Program-made: the position numbers and the translations under genes | Shown here: in pieces, positions 39,000 through 53,737 of the stretch | Position numbering within the stretch: the first letter of the stretch is position 1 | Layout of the letters: every line of letters begins with the position of its first letter | The notes under the pieces: generated by a model | Seen by the model: the letters and a program-made list of their open reading frames with translations, nothing else | The model's database searches: none | What the model was told of the DNA's origin: nothing | Assembly: GCA_965153355.1 (NCBI GenBank) | Contig: OZ231126.1 | Location: 30,876,001-30,940,000 of the forward strand | Source of the DNA: Flaccisagitta enflata | Taxonomy: Eukaryota | Direction of reading: 5' to 3' | Length of the DNA stretch: 64,000 nt

Positions 39000-39595
39000 A
39001 ACAGACAAAGAGATACAGATAGTCAGTCAGATGAACATACAGAAAAACACGCAGGACACACACACAGACAAGTTGGCAGAAGAAAGGGAAAAAAAGAGCG
39101 AGGACTGACAGATATATATATATAGAGAGAGAGAGAAAGAGAAAGAGAAAGAGAGGGAGAGAGAGACAGACAGACAGACAGAAATAATTAGAGAAGCCGA
39201 CAGAAAAACAGATAAAATGAAAAGGTAGATAAAAAAGAAAGAAAGGACGACAGAAAGAGAATTTATACCAAAGATACAAGAATTTTAGAGTTTTGTCGAA
39301 AAGAATGAATGTGTGAGAGATGAGCAAGCCGGGCCTCTCAATTTCAGCTGCCTTTTCCCTCCTTCACCTCGACAACCTCTGCCTCCTCTTTATCATCTCC
39401 TCCTCCTCGACATTATCATCATCATCCTCCTCACCTCCGATATTTTCCCCGTGAAGGGTTCATATCCCGGGATCTAATGTGATGACGACGCTTAGTGTGA
39501 TTAGAATATTGATGATGATGATGATGAAAAAAATTTAAGTGCTGATTGAGATGTAATGATGATAAAGATGACGTTGATGGCGTTGATGGTAGTTT

Positions 39596-39628
<33 letters not shown>

Positions 39629-41389
39629 TGCTGATGATAGGGATGATGGTGATGATGAAAAAACGCTGATTGCTGATGGTGATGTAGTGGTGCTGATGAA
39701 GGCGTTGATGATTACAAGGATGGTGATGGTGATGGTGATGGAACAAAAAATTTGTTTCGATTCTGGTGATCATGATTGATTGTACAATGATGATGATGAC
39801 AACGATAAAAATGACAGCGAAGATAACCGGAATAATGATTAGATAACGGTAACGCAGAAAACCGGGAATATTCACGAGGATGACATTCTGGACATTTCTG
39901 GAAGTTGTTATGATCACAGCATGATCTATATAGTAATGGTGTAAATGTACGCGTTGGCGATGATTTATGATATTTCTATTCCAAAAAGTGATTGTCGTCA
40001 CCCTTTGCACGTTGTAATTGATTGTCTTTATATTAGCACAGAAATGATAAACATCAAAAGTGATTTAAAAGTCGTTTGTCCGCGCTTTGCCGTTAGTTAG
40101 CCCCGATTCACCCGTCACGCCACGGGGGAGGCTTTCATAGGTCAAGAAAAATTCTCGGTCATAATGGCGAGTGGTTTGGACCTCAGGAAGGTTTACAATC
40201 AATCAGTGTTTCCTCTCCGCTACTTATCTTATACCGGAATCAAAGAACTGGTGATAAGGAGGGAAGCCATATCTCTCCAATTACAAGGATATGAGATCTG
40301 AAATTTTTCTGTGGTGTGCACCTATAGTACCCCCACCCCCCATACGGGTTTGGAGATGTTCCGGGCATTTTTTGTTTTTGGTTGTCAAAAATTTTTTATT
40401 TCTTAAAATCACTTTTGAAGGCCAAAAAAGTCGTTTCAAAATTTTATCTTTATGAAAGTTGGACAACATTACTACTCAACCCTACCTTATTTAAGGATGA
40501 GAGCCTTTGGAGCTCTCACTGGTGTTTAATCCGGACCCATCACAACTATCCTTATTAATAGAAAACAATGTAGTCACATGTAGTCAATACCCAGAGCTAC
40601 AAATTTCATTTTTTGAAAAATATTTTTGGCCAATTCTTAAGGGAATGGCACTAAAAAAACCAAAATTTCAAAAAAATGAAAAATTGCTATATTTTCTAAG
40701 ATAATTGGCTTAGCATAATAATTTTTGGCGTGGAAGTAGTCCTGAGAACCCTTCATGTGTATGCAAAATTTCAACTCCCATACCTGAATTTTGAAGGAGT
40801 TATGGGATTTTGAAATTTTGATAATTTTTGGTAAAAAACATTTTTTCTTATAAAAATTTTTTTTGTGAACCATTTTTCATGAAATTTCATAGAGAAACAA
40901 AGTAATTGATATTTTTTTGCTTCCAAAAAAAATTAGGGCACTGCGACCCCTTAACAAAATTTTTTTTTTCTCAAAAATTGCAAAAATTGGCTATTTTTCT
41001 AGGTTGAATAAAAACTGTTCCTGTTATCCGATCAACTTCATTTTTGGAGGGAATATCAAGCTACATCTGCAGTAATTATGTTTCAAATTTCAAGTAAATC
41101 GGATAATTCGTCCCGGAGATATTCAAGTTCAAAGTGGAAAGGGTGAGCTAAAATCACTGTGTTTCTGTGTTATTTAAATGATAAGTCTTTATTGACGGTT
41201 AGCTACAAGTGTCTCAAAAAGGTAATGTTTAATCGATATGTTGCAAAAATTGTTCCAAATAGGTGTGGAATATGTCCCTGCAGCATAACCAACCAAAATT
41301 TTTAGATTTCACAGTCTAAAAAAACCATAGGCACCAAAAAAACTGCAAAAAATGCCTTTTTTGGCATTTTTTGCCACATTTTTGGGGTG

Positions 41390-43530
41390 TAACGCATATA
41401 AAACAACATCCCAATCCCCAAATTTTTTGTGGCATAGTAGTCCATGATAGGACAGATGTCCCCCCAAAAATTCATTCATTTCCGTCACACTTTAAGCACA
41501 AAAATTTTGGTTAAAAATGGCAAAAAATGTGATTTTTTGAATTTTTTAAGCTGTTTTTGGGATGCAATGCATATTAAACGACATCCCCATCCCCAAATTT
41601 TTTGTGGCATAGTAGTCCATGATAGGACAGATGTCCCCCCAAAAATTTATTCAGTTCCGTCACGCTTTAAGCATAAGAATTTTGGTTAAAAATGGCAAAA
41701 AATTTGAATTTTGTAAGCTGTTTTTGGGGTGTAATGCATATTAAACGACATCCCCATCTCCAAACTTTTTGTGGCATAGTAGTCCATGATAGGACAGATG
41801 TCCCCCAAAAAATTTATTCATTTCCGTCACACTGTAAGCACAAAAATTTTGGTTTAAAATGGCATAAAATGCGATTTTTGAATTTTTTAAAGCTGTTTTT
41901 GGGGTGTAATGCATATTAAACAACATCCCCATCCCCAAACTTTTTGTGGCATGGTAGTCCATGATAGGACAGATGTCCCCCCAAAAATTTATTCATTTCC
42001 GTCACGCTTTAAGCACAAAAAATTTGGGGATGGGGATGTCGTTTAATATGCATTCACCCCAAAAACAAAAAAAATCGCATTTTTTGACATTTTAAACCAA
42101 AATTTTTGTGCTTAGAGCGTGACGGAAATGAATAAATTTTTTGGGGGACATCTGTCCTATCATGGACTACTATGCCACAAAAAGTTTGGGGATGGGGATG
42201 TCCTTTGATATGCATAACACCCCAAAAACAGCTTAATTAATTAAAAAAAATCGCATTTTTAGCCATTTCAAACCAAAATTTTTGTGCTTAAAGTGTAATG
42301 GAAATGAATAAATTTTTTGGGGGACATTTGTCCTTTCATGGACTACTGAGCCACAAAAAATTTGAGGATGGGGATGTCGTTTAATATGCATTACACCTCA
42401 AAAACAGCTTAAAAAATTCAAAAAATCGCTTTTTTTGCCATTTTAAACCAAAATTTTTGTGCTTAAAACGTGACAGAAATGAATAAATTTTTTGAGGGAC
42501 ATCTGTCCTATCATGGACTACTATGCCACAAAAAGTTTGGGATGGGGATGTTGTTTAATATGCATTGCACCCCAAAAACAGCTTAAGACGGCGAGCAATT
42601 GATGTCAACATTTAGTGTTTCACCCCATTTTTTCAATTATAGTTGAATGATTATGATGCAACAAATATTTTCATGAGACAAATTGTCTCCAGAAATACTC
42701 TGTGTGTATGTTTCTGCCGTACACTGACCTCAAATGAACCTTTAAATCAGCAATTCACATGAGAAAAGCAAAGAAAATAAGGTTTTTTAAAAAAATTGTG
42801 CTTACATTTTTTATCTCATTGCTGCTGTCAAAATTATAAGACACACAAATGCAAAGAAATTTTGCATTTCCAAGAACATAGCCCCCTCCGTAATCAATTT
42901 TAGAAGGGGGCTACGTTCTTCATTTTTGTGTTTTTTCATTTTCCATGCAAAGTTATAATTTTGACAAGCCTCCTATCAGTCAACAAATATTGAATTTTGA
43001 ATATTTTCAAGCGAAAATATTTAGTTAATATTAGCTTTACTTGCTCTTTTATACTATTTGAATGCAAATTTTGCAATAAAATATTTACTATGATATACCT
43101 CAATGATTCTTTTTATGTTTTTATTTACTTTTATTCTTATAGAATTTTCTTTTTTGACCCCTGTTGACACACTAAATCTTGCCGTCCGATGCTCGCCGTC
43201 TTAAATAATTCAAAAAATCGCATTTTTTGCCATTTTAAACCAAAATTTTTGTGCTTAAAGCGTGACGTAAATGAAAAAAATTTTCGGGGAACATCTGTCC
43301 TATCATGGACTACTATGCCACAAAAAATTTGGGGATGGGGATGTCGTTTAATATGCATTATACCCCCAAAACAGCTTAAAAATTTCAAAAAATCGCATTT
43401 TTTGCCATTTTAAACCAAAATTTTTGTGCTTAAAGCGTGACGGAAATGAATAAATTTTTTGGGGGACATCTGTCCTATCATGGACTACTATGCCACAAAA
43501 AATTTGGATGGAGATGTCATTTAATATGCC
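41390..43530. repeat. Inverted arrays of a ~175-bp tandem repeat
   Basis: CATGATAGGACAGATGTCC at 41443, 41618, 41785, 41960; five reverse copies after the turn at about 42020. Confidence 0.92.
42587..43200. mobile_element. TTAA-flanked MITE inside the 175-bp array
   Basis: TTAA|GACGGCGAGCA...TGCTCGCCGTC|TTAA. Confidence 0.85.
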
Positions 43531-46365
43531 CTAAAAATGTGGCAAAAAATGCCAAAAAAAGGCATTTTTTGCAGTTTTTTTGGTGCCTATTTTTTAAGAG
43601 ATTGTGAAATCCAAAAATTTAGGTTGGTTATGCTGCAGGGACATATTCCACACATATTTGCAACAATTTTTGCAACATATCGATTAAACATTACCTTTTT
43701 GAGACACTTGTAGCTAACTGTCAATAAAGACATCATTTAAATAACACAGAAACACAGTGATTTTAGCTCACCTTTTCTACTTTGAACTTGAATATCTCCG
43801 GAACGAATTATCCAATTTACTTGAAATTTGAAACATAGTTACTGCAGATGTAGGTTGATATTCCCTCCAAAAATGAAGTTGATCGGATGAAAGGAACAGT
43901 TTTTATTCAACCTAGAAAAATAGCCAATTTTTGCAATTTTTGAGAAAAAAAAATTTTGTTAAGGGGTCGCAGTGCCCAAATTTTTTTTGGAAGCAAAAAA
44001 ATATCAATTACTTTGTTTCTCTATGAAATTTCATGAAAAATGGTTCACAAAAAAAAATTTTATAAGAAAAAATGTTTTTTACCCAAAATTATCAAAATTT
44101 CAACATCCCATAACTCCTTCAAAATTCAAGCATGGGAGTTGAAATTTTGCATACACATAAAGGGTTCTCAGGACTACTTCCACGCCAAAAATTATTATGC
44201 TAAGCTAATTATTTTAGAAAATATAGCAATTTTTCATTTTTTTGAAATTTTGGTTTTTTTAGTGCCATTCCCTTAAAAATTAGCCAAAAATAGTTTTCAA
44301 AAAATGAAATTTGTAGCTCTGGGTATTCACTACATGTAACATAAAGATAGAATTTTGAAACAAATTTTTTGGCCCACAAAAGGGATTTTAAGAAATAAAA
44401 AAATTTTGACAACCAAAAACAAAAAATGCCCGGAACAGCTCCAAACCCTTATGGGGGGTGGGGGTACTATAGGTGCACACCACATAAAAATTTCAGATCT
44501 CATATCCTTGTAATTGGAGAGATATGGCTTCCCTCCTTATCACCAGTTCTTTGATTCCGGTACTGTACTTAATCATTTCATAACAAAATGGAAATTTTTT
44601 TGCTTCAAATGCTGTAAAAAGCTGTAAAATTGGCGTTTTGACAGTTTTTTTTTGTCCAAAATTGCCGCTATGGTTAAAAAATGGGCAAAGATGATTATCT
44701 GGCATAAAGACATATTCATGCATCAATAGAGGCCAACCCGTCATCATGTAGTATCATTATATACCGTAAAATGCCGCAAAAAGCTGTAAAAATAGTATTT
44801 AATGGCATAAAATGATACTAAATGATGACAGGTTGGCTAGTATTTATGCATGAATGTGTCTTAGTGCCAGATAATCATTGTTTGCCCATTTTTTGACCAT
44901 AGCCATGGTTTTAGACAAAAAAAAACTGTCAATAATGCAAATTTTACATCTTTTTTCCGCATTTTAAAAAAAATTTTGAAGCAAAAAATTTCTTGTTTCA
45001 GTATGAAGTGATAAAGTGAACCTTCCTGAGGCCCAAACCACTCGCCATTATAACAGAGAATTTTTCTTGACCTATGAAAGCCTCCCCCGTGGCGTGCCGT
45101 GATGGTGATCTCAACTAACAAATTCACAACCTAAATTCGTGTCGACTTCGACGGGCTTTTTATCAATATGAAATGTTGATGTACCGGTTTCCGTCTTTTA
45201 AATTGCGGATACGCAACTCTATAAGAGGCTTTGTCGGTCTGTCCATTGGTCCATCCATCCGTTTGTCCGTCGGTCCATGGTCATCGAGTTGAAAAGTGGA
45301 AAAACAAGCGTTTTAGATACATTTTGTGTATGTTTGTGCGTGTGGGATGGGGGTTGGGGTGTGTGGATGGGGGCTGGATGCCCCTGCCCACCCGTCCGCA
45401 GCGATGTTGTGACCCCTCGTCACTTGTTATGTTTTTGGGCATACGACGAAGGTTGCAGAATCGAGTAGGTGTCACTGGACCACTGACAAACATCATTTAT
45501 CATTTGATAGAACGGATGCAATTTATGGACTAGCCGCTGCCAAACAGGTACAGATCCGTTACTTCAGATGACCAACAAATGACACCGGACAACCTATTTA
45601 CAACACCTGATAAGGCTGATAGCCAACACATGACACCTGTTTAAAAACGCGAAACACCTGAATACTAACGCAAAACACCTAATCACAAACACATTACACA
45701 TAATATCCAACACATGTCAGCCAGCCCGTGGGCCATGGCACCTGATAACCAGTGCTGACATCAGAAACCCCGCGCTGGACACCTGGTAGCCAGCCATTGC
45801 ATTGACACTCGTAGTCAAAATATTGAAACTGATAGCCAACACGGCTGCATTGGGAATTTCTCATTAAATTCCCTCGCCAAGAAACATGACCAAGAATTTC
45901 TGACGGGACCGAGGTAAGGTTGGGGGATCGGTGATTCACCGCCGAAAAAAAGGTGGAGTGATCGCCAATTTTCACCGATTTGGTGATTTGGATTTTTGGT
46001 TTTTCTCAGTTTTTCCCATCCATCCCCTAAGCTGCTCTTTTCATTGCATTTTTTCGCCGTCATGCAGAGGGAAATGCGCATATGCTGGGACAATACTTGC
46101 AATTTACACCAAAAAAATCCCACATAAATCCCTGATTCAGTGGTTACTATAATAACATGAAACAGTACCTCTCAGTATCACTCAGCGACTCTTTAGGAGG
46201 GTTTGTCCCTTGGAAGATCTGTCTGAATAGAACTCTAAGATTTAGGTGATGCAAAATTGACCAAAAAAGCGATTTTCAGAATTACTACCCCTGCCATGCC
46301 ACAATGCAGCCCCTTTCCACTCCTGCCCATCTTCATTACTGCCCCTGCCTACCTGCAAGCGACTA

Positions 46366-46761
46366 CAGAAGGAACCATTATGAGAGCTGTGGAGCACCCC
46401 CCCTCAAAGCCCACGCTATTGCTTCTATTCCTCTAGTCTGGCTGAAGTTTAGCTAGTCTAGTCTAGTTTAGCTGAAGACAATTTTTTCAACCAGGCTTTT
46501 ATTGAGAATTCCTCTAGAATTTCCATAATTGACCTTTTTATACTAAAATCTAGTCTTTTTTTGAAAAGCTCTTGAAATGGGGAAAATCAAAGTTTTGGAA
46601 AGGATTTTTATGGAATTTCAAAAATCACCTTGGTGAAAGAATTTGTAATCGTCTAAGATATAAACCACTACCCAAAATAAAAGGAGATAAGCGTTAGTGT
46701 GAGCTGTAAGGGGGGCACTTCAATTTTGGTCCCTCCACATCTCTTGTAATGGTTCCTTCTG
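46366..46761. mobile_element. Tc1/mariner-type MITE
   Basis: TA|CAGAAGGAACCATTA...TAATGGTTCCTTCTG|TA. Confidence 0.82.
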
Positions 46762-47679
46762 TATTTATAAGTCGTGTATCTGGAGTACTGCCAACACTGT
46801 TCAAAGTTTGTGATGCATGCATACTTCTTATTCATTTTTATCATTTCTACTGTCTCTATTTGTAGCGCACTTCCATTCTATCAATTCCGTTATTTTCAAT
46901 GTGAAAAAAAGATAAAAAAAAGGACTGAAGAGGAAAAAGAAAAAGAGAAAGAAAAGAAAAAGAAGAAAATAAAGAAGAGAGAGAGAGAGGGGGGGGGAGA
47001 GGGAGAGAGAGAGACAGATTAACTGACATCAAAAAACAGTTCAAGAGACATACAGTGTATACACTAAAAAAATTATGAAAATTTTTTTTCTCATCTTTAG
47101 ACCATGGCGTCAGAGTGTGTGGGAACAGGCTAAAGGATTGTGCATAACAAATTAACATACACTTCGTTGATCAGTTTTAGCTAGTAATTAATGGGGGATG
47201 CTGCACTATAACAAGTGATGCGGGGGTCACAATATTATTGTTGATGGATGGGCAGGGGCATGCAACCCCCATTTATACCCTCTCCCACACCATGCTTACT
47301 CACACACACTAATATTCACAACTGTATCATCATTAATGCACATTTTCACATTTTTGACACGAGCATGACCAACAGACTGACAATAGCTCTTATAAAAGTG
47401 CGTATCCGCAACCAAGAATCACTGATAAAAACGGAAAAACGGTGGGGGAAACGGAAAACCGCCGAAAATTGGTGGTGATTGAAAACCCGAGTCACTCCCA
47501 ACCTTAGACCGAGGCAGAATGCAGAAGCTGGGGGCAAAACGATTTTACGACTGTATCTGAGTTCAACGGTCGTTAAAACTGAAGGCCAGCAGCTCTTTCT
47601 TGTCGTAGTAGCATTTCTATCATTGATAATGGTTGTCGTAGTAGCATTCCTATCATTGATAATGGATGTCGTAGTGGCA

Positions 47680-47724
<45 letters not shown>

Positions 47725-50681
47725 AGTGTTCGCAATGTCGAAAAAATAATTTGAAGACGGGAAACTTCGATCTCCTGAGTGAAATTATTTATCCGACCTA
47801 GAAAGAGGACTTGTTATACAGGACGTGTCCAACAAAATGCTGTGGATGTTGTTTCATGTAGTTTTTATCGGACGAGCCCAATTTAGACACAACTGCTAGA
47901 ATGAAGATAACGCCGAGAGCAAAGAGAGGAAGAGAAAACAGTTTTATCTTAGACAACAACAGATTATCTCTGACCACGAGCCAACAACGGAATTCACCAA
48001 AGTTCCGTTTTGAAAAATGCCTAGTAAGTTGTATGCTAGTCTTATACTCCAAGACTCACACTCACAAATCTCACAACTAAGCAACGATAAGCGGGACGTC
48101 AGACTTAACCGATCACGGACTGAGGAAACAAGGCCGGATACGCGGCAATCCAGTCGCAGACGGTTTGGCAGGAACAATAATGCGAAAACTGCTCGGAATT
48201 TAAAAAAAAATTGTTACGGACCGACCGACAGAGCAAGGTGTAAAGTCGCGTGTCCGCGACTAAAAATGCGTATGACGACACAGACCTAGGATTTCTTTTG
48301 TACGGATGATTCATTTTATCAGGAAAAAAGTCGAAGTCAGTCTTCGACTTTTTGACAAATTCGAGAGAAACAGGGTTTTCATTTTCTTATGAGAAAGTTG
48401 AGCATCTCATCCGGCTGATTGAGACAAATATTTTTCGCGTTATGATTTTTTAAAGATTTATTTATGAAAATTGCGAATTGAATTTTTTTTGATTTTTTAT
48501 GATTTTGAGAAGGATCAAAAAAGGAGCGTATTTATGTTTGTTTCAGCATGCAAATACAAGAAAACATGTTTATGAGCATAGCTGCTCATCTGTGAGGGTG
48601 TTTTGGAGGATTCTAGCTCATTTAGCTCATTTAGCTCAGTTTTTTTTTTAAATTTTAAATGTGATAAATGAATAGATATTTTGATATATGCCTAAGACAG
48701 AAAATTTATGAAGAAAAATGAAGTGTTTCACCATACTTTTGTATATCTTGACTGACCAAGGTTGAGTTGGCCACCACACACCGAAAAAAAAAACAAGCAA
48801 CGCGGGGTTACAACATCGTCACGGACGGGTGGAAGGGGCGTACCCCCCTCAACACTCCCATACACAAAAAACACACGTAAGAGCGGAAATGCGCAATTCT
48901 TCATGTTTCGACACAATCATAATAGACCGACGAAAGAATGGACTGATGGATCGACAGCAGAACCATCGGAGCGACCGATAGACCGTCAAAGCCTCATATG
49001 TCACAGTGCCAATGAAGATGAAATTTGATTTTCAATCCTTATGAATTTTTTTAAACAATTATTCTTATTGATATCAAAATCATGATTTTGTTTTTTACAC
49101 TTCTGATTACTCTAAATGTTTTTTAAAAAGATCAACCAACAGAAACATTTAATTGTCTATTGATTAAAGACAAAATCTTTTTAACAAAACATGAATATTT
49201 CCCACAAAAAAGAGAACAAAATGTCAATCAGTTGTTAGGTGAAATTATATCATTACTTTTAGATGTAATTTTTTGTATTTTCAAGAAAATGGCCCTGTTT
49301 TTAAAAATTGCTTAAAAAAGGGCCATGTTTTTGGAAATGCAAAATTTCTGATCCGTATGCAAAAGCATGCTAGATTGCAAAAAAAATTCTTCTTTAAAAA
49401 CCTAATTTTTTCTAATATTTATCTCTATGTTTCATAGATGATAAGAACATTAAAATGAATTTTAATGCAAAAATATTATAACCATAAACTAATAATCATA
49501 TGAAATTAATGGAAAACTGTAAATTAACCACAGTAACAATACTGGAAAAAATGAGTTGACTCATGAAATTTCATAATCATATGAACCGTGACATATGGAG
49601 TCACGAGTCCGCGTCATAAAACCCCACTTGTTATAAAAGAGTCAGATGATCAGCAGTACCTTGGATAAGGCTCATGGCTCATGTATGCTGCCTGCTGCCT
49701 TTTGCCTATTATCCTATGGATCATAGGTATTCGATGCTTTGAAACATGGAGTTGAGAATTCTGAAACAGTTGGAACAGCTGAAACAGTTGGAACCACATG
49801 ATTGAGAATCTGAGCTTTAAGGTTGGGATTTGAGCTTGGGGGCAAGAATTTCTACTTATGGGCTGAGATTTGAAATTCAAGATTGTGATTTTGATGTACT
49901 ACTGGGATTTGGGCCTTAAGGCTGGAATTTTACCCTCTAGACTAGGATCTCAGTCTTGAGGTTGACATTAAAGTCATGTGACTTATATTTGAGCCTCAGG
50001 CTGAGATTTGGGCCTCAAGGCTGAGTTTTGGGAGTAAACTCTTAAGGTTGGGTTTCTAACTTTAAGGGATGGCCAAATTGAGGAGTCAGGTGGAACAATT
50101 CAAATAAATACAGTTACACCCCTCAATAACGGATCCAAGAGTAATAAAAATCTGCCTTAAATGGAAACAAAATTTTAGTTCTTTCACAATTTTTCGTAAA
50201 ATTTTCTATATTAGCAATGATAGAAATACGTCTATAACCGATACAATTTGCTGGTCCCTTCACATCCGTTATTTTGGGTTTCAACTGTATGTGTGAATGA
50301 ATAGGTCATGAGCTGCTGAAGGCCAACATGGCTAACCGGCAAGTTCATTTAATCCGGCTTTGAGAAGAACAAGGCCGGATACACGGCCAATACCAGTCGC
50401 GGACGGGTGGGCAGGGGCGGAAATCCGCGTTTTCGCACTCTCTCAACTCGATCACCACGGACCGACCGACCAACCAACCGACCAACCAACCAACCGACGG
50501 GCGGACAAAGCCTCTAATAGAGTCGCTAGTCCGCGACTAAAAATCCAGTGCATAAATCTGAGTTTTATAAATCCCGACAAGGGAAAAAGCATTATGATTT
50601 TTTGCGCTTTCTATTCGCCTTTTCTTTCCTCGTCTTTGCTTCGCCACTAAATCTTGTTAAGAAGCAACACATTTTCCCTCA

Positions 50682-50752
<71 letters not shown>

Positions 50753-50776
50753 TCTCTCTGTCTGTCTCTCTCTCTC

Positions 50777-50853
<77 letters not shown>

Positions 50854-51656
50854 CCAATTTTTTCATATTTTCCACATGAAGACCAAAACCAGCATTCTTG
50901 CTTTTTTCATTCATTCCTGAATCACACTAAGGCTTCTTTTTTTGAGCTAAAAAAGCAGTTTTGGCTTGACCTTACTACTGATTATCCAATTTACTTGAAA
51001 CTGATTTTTGACAAACAAGTTTTCAGTCGTTGGCTCAGCGACTCTACACATTTCGATTAAAAAAACCGATTCCTGGGATGATTGATAATGCATTAACTTT
51101 TTTCAGGGGAAGAAAAACTTAAAGGTTAATTAATTTCTAAAATCATACTATGCAAGTAAAAAGTGCAACAGGATCGGTGGACATAAGTGTTATTGAATCT
51201 TTTTGGATCAAACAAGAAAATCCTTGTGAGGTCAATATTTTTCCAACTAGTTGAATAAAACAATTGGCTGTTCTGCCTTACGAAAGGGTGTGTCCCTAGG
51301 TGTGGAGGTAGGTAGGTATGTTTGTATGTATGTCTGTTGGTATATAGGTTGCCAACCTAAGGTTGGTATATATCGCGAAATTTTGGATGTCGCAAAATCG
51401 GCTGAAATAGTGATTTCTGAATTCTGATTTCTGAGACGTGGCTTGAGGGACACCACGCCACTGTGGCTGATTGCTGAAGATCTGAGGAATTCACCTTTTT
51501 TCTGAATTTTAATTATGCATGTTTATGGCAAAAGGGGGCACTCCAATCAAATTGCAATGCTTGCAAGAGGTTGCAATGAAAAACATTAGAACAACTTTGG
51601 AAAAGCTTCTGCTTTTTCTTTAGAATATCATAATCAAAAACTCCCTTGTCAAATAA

Positions 51657-51725
51657 TCTTGATTTGGTTCAGTGGTAAGATAAAGGACTGTTACTCAAAG
51701 ATAGGGGTTTGATTCCCATGGGAAA
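51657..51725 (+). other. Degenerate tRNA-like / SINE-head sequence
   Basis: A-box TGGTTCAGTGGTAAGA and B-box GGTTTGATTCCC at tRNA spacing; stems broken. Confidence 0.45.
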
Positions 51726-52582
51726 CTTTTTTTTCTCTTTTAATCATTTCATCAAAAATCAAGTGTAAATTAAGACTCAAACATTTTAAGATGCTAATCT
51801 AAATTAGAAAAGTTGCTTTAATGCTAGTTTGTATATTCATGCTGTAATATCCATTCACCAGTTTTCACACTTACCTCAAAAAAGGATCTTAGGACTTGTG
51901 AGCTAAAGCGGTGGTTTACTGCGGTTAAGCGGTTTTTATGTGCGACAAAGCACCTCTATAACTGGCTGTGTCCGTCGGTTGGTTGGTCGGTTGGTTGGTT
52001 GGTTGGTTGGTAACACATTCGTTCAACAATCCACACGTCACACCTATTGGCCTACTTGGCCTTGTTTTTTTTTGTTTTTTTTTTCTTTTTTTTTAAACAG
52101 AGCAGAGCAACAAAATTTTCCTCCTTTCTAGATCATATGAGTATAGAAATAAAAAGAGGGAAACTATAAAACTCATTTCTGAATTATTTTTCCATGTGAC
52201 TGGGAGGAGGCTTTACTATTTTCCCTAAATTGTAGCATTTGAGATAAACCTGACAGGCTTACCATGAGTTATACATAACAGTAAACTTTCATTTTGACCC
52301 AAATTCACTTGTAAAAAAAAAAATTCCTAATGAGGTTGGATCCCCAGACCTCTTCCTCATTTTTCCATTTCTGTTGATGACTAGATCGGGGATTCAACTG
52401 GTGATCGTCGATGAAGGTGATGGCTGCAAGAATGATTTTCCATCTGCTCTCAATGCCAAACTGGCAAGTTTATGCCCATATGCTTAACAAATCAGACGTG
52501 CCAATTCTGTGTAGCATGGTAGCATTGCTAGGCGGCAGGCAAGCACCAAAGTGCGGCATGTGCGGCAGGCAAAGGGGGAAGG

Positions 52583-53128
52583 AAACAAGGCCAACACCTA
52601 TAAGTCGCGTGCGAGACTTAAATAATTACTTTATTACATAACTGCATAACTAAAATGACTTTCATTGAATTTGATTGATGTAAGGTGACTTAAACTGATT
52701 TAAAATGACCTAAAATGACTTAAAATGACCTAAATTGACTTGAATTGACCTAAAATGACTAAAATGACTTAGTGACTAAAATGACTTAAATTGACTTAAT
52801 ATGACTTAAAATGACTTTAAATGACTCAAATTGACCTAGAATGACTTAAATTGAACTTAACTGACCTAAACTGACTTAAATTGACCTAAAATCACTAAAA
52901 TGATGAAAACTATCAAAATAACTCAAATGACTTAAATTGACTTAAACTGACTTTAAATGACCTAAAATGACTTAAAATGATCTAATTTGACTTTAAATGA
53001 CCTAATTGACTTAAAATCAGTTAGTAGGAATAAAACGAATAAAAAAAGTAAAGTGTGACCAACCGACCGACCGACCGACCGACCGACGGACAAAGCGGGG
53101 TGTAGAGTCGCGTAGCACGCGACTAAAA
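52583..53128 (-). mobile_element. Family A HINE with internal (AAATGACTTA)n minisatellite
   Basis: AACAAGGCC...AGTCGCGTG, 10-bp array at 52650-53020, (CCGA)n, AGTCGCGTAGCACGCGACTAAAA. Confidence 0.72.
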
Positions 53129-53737
53129 AGGAAGAAAGAAAGAAAGAATAGGGGAAAAAAGAAAGAAAGAATAGGGGGGAAAGAAAGAAAGATAGAAAGA
53201 TAGAAAGAAAGAACTTCTTAGATTTTTATCATATCTCCAACAGCGTTGACTGTGTTCAAACCATTTTTAGTGTGTGTAGAGCTGACCACAGCTGCAGCTG
53301 TGAATACTGCCGCCGAAAAACCAAAGGCTGCCGCAGAGCCTTTATGATTTTATTTTGCGCATTATACTGAAGAAGCAACCCAAACAGTAATCAAGAAACT
53401 AAATCCCTGATATACTATTATCTATTTTACATGCCAAGCGGCACCATAAGGTGTACAGGTAGGTAGGTCCGTTGGTTGTTCAGTTTAAAAACACGATTTT
53501 TAGATGACACAAATTAGACATAATATGGGAAAGAGCGGTTTCTTCCTCAATTTTCTGTTATGTTAAAAGTATTCTTATCATATGACATTGAAACTAACAT
53601 TTGGAGTTAGTGGAAGAGGGTAGCAAAGAGAAGGGAGAAATCATTAGCCCTTGCATGGAAAGTGCGGCAGCTTATGCTCAATTTTTCTTGCTATGCGGCA
53701 GCATAGCAGAATCGGCACCTCTGATGCTTATATACAT

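Larger units (their letters stand above)
40196..44565. mobile_element. About 4.4-kb foldback element with kb-long inverted arms (TA flanks, Tc1/mariner-like right end)
   Basis: 40232-41390 mirrors about 43530-44562; right terminus reads CAGTACCGGAATC on the minus strand; left terminus has about 35 extra bp. Confidence 0.8.
40116..45096. mobile_element. CAC...GTG foldback element with 4-bp TSD (Chapaev/CMC-like), expanded by a nested palindromic element
   Basis: About 80-bp TIR CACGCCACGGGGGAGGCTTTCATAGGTCAAGAAAA; TSD CCGT (40112-40115, 45097-45100); own palindromic body at 44572-45010. Confidence 0.85.

Noticed and set aside
40465-40570. Hammerhead ribozyme in the segment shared with about 26605-26700
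   Set aside because: A GAGAGC/GCTCTC hairpin is present but there is no CUGANGA/GAAA core; treated as a dispersed repeat fragment.
41390-43530. CRISPR-like array (also considered for 3995-4455)
   Set aside because: Whole units repeat with no unique spacers; no cas genes; eukaryotic context.
47346-48052. Possible exons of a second gene (hydrophobic ORF 47798-48052; ORF 47346-47735)
   Set aside because: No recognisable domain or consistent splice chain; needs RNA-seq.
51657-51725. Functional tRNA gene
   Set aside because: Boxes are present but the acceptor and anticodon stems do not pair; kept only as a tRNA-like relic.
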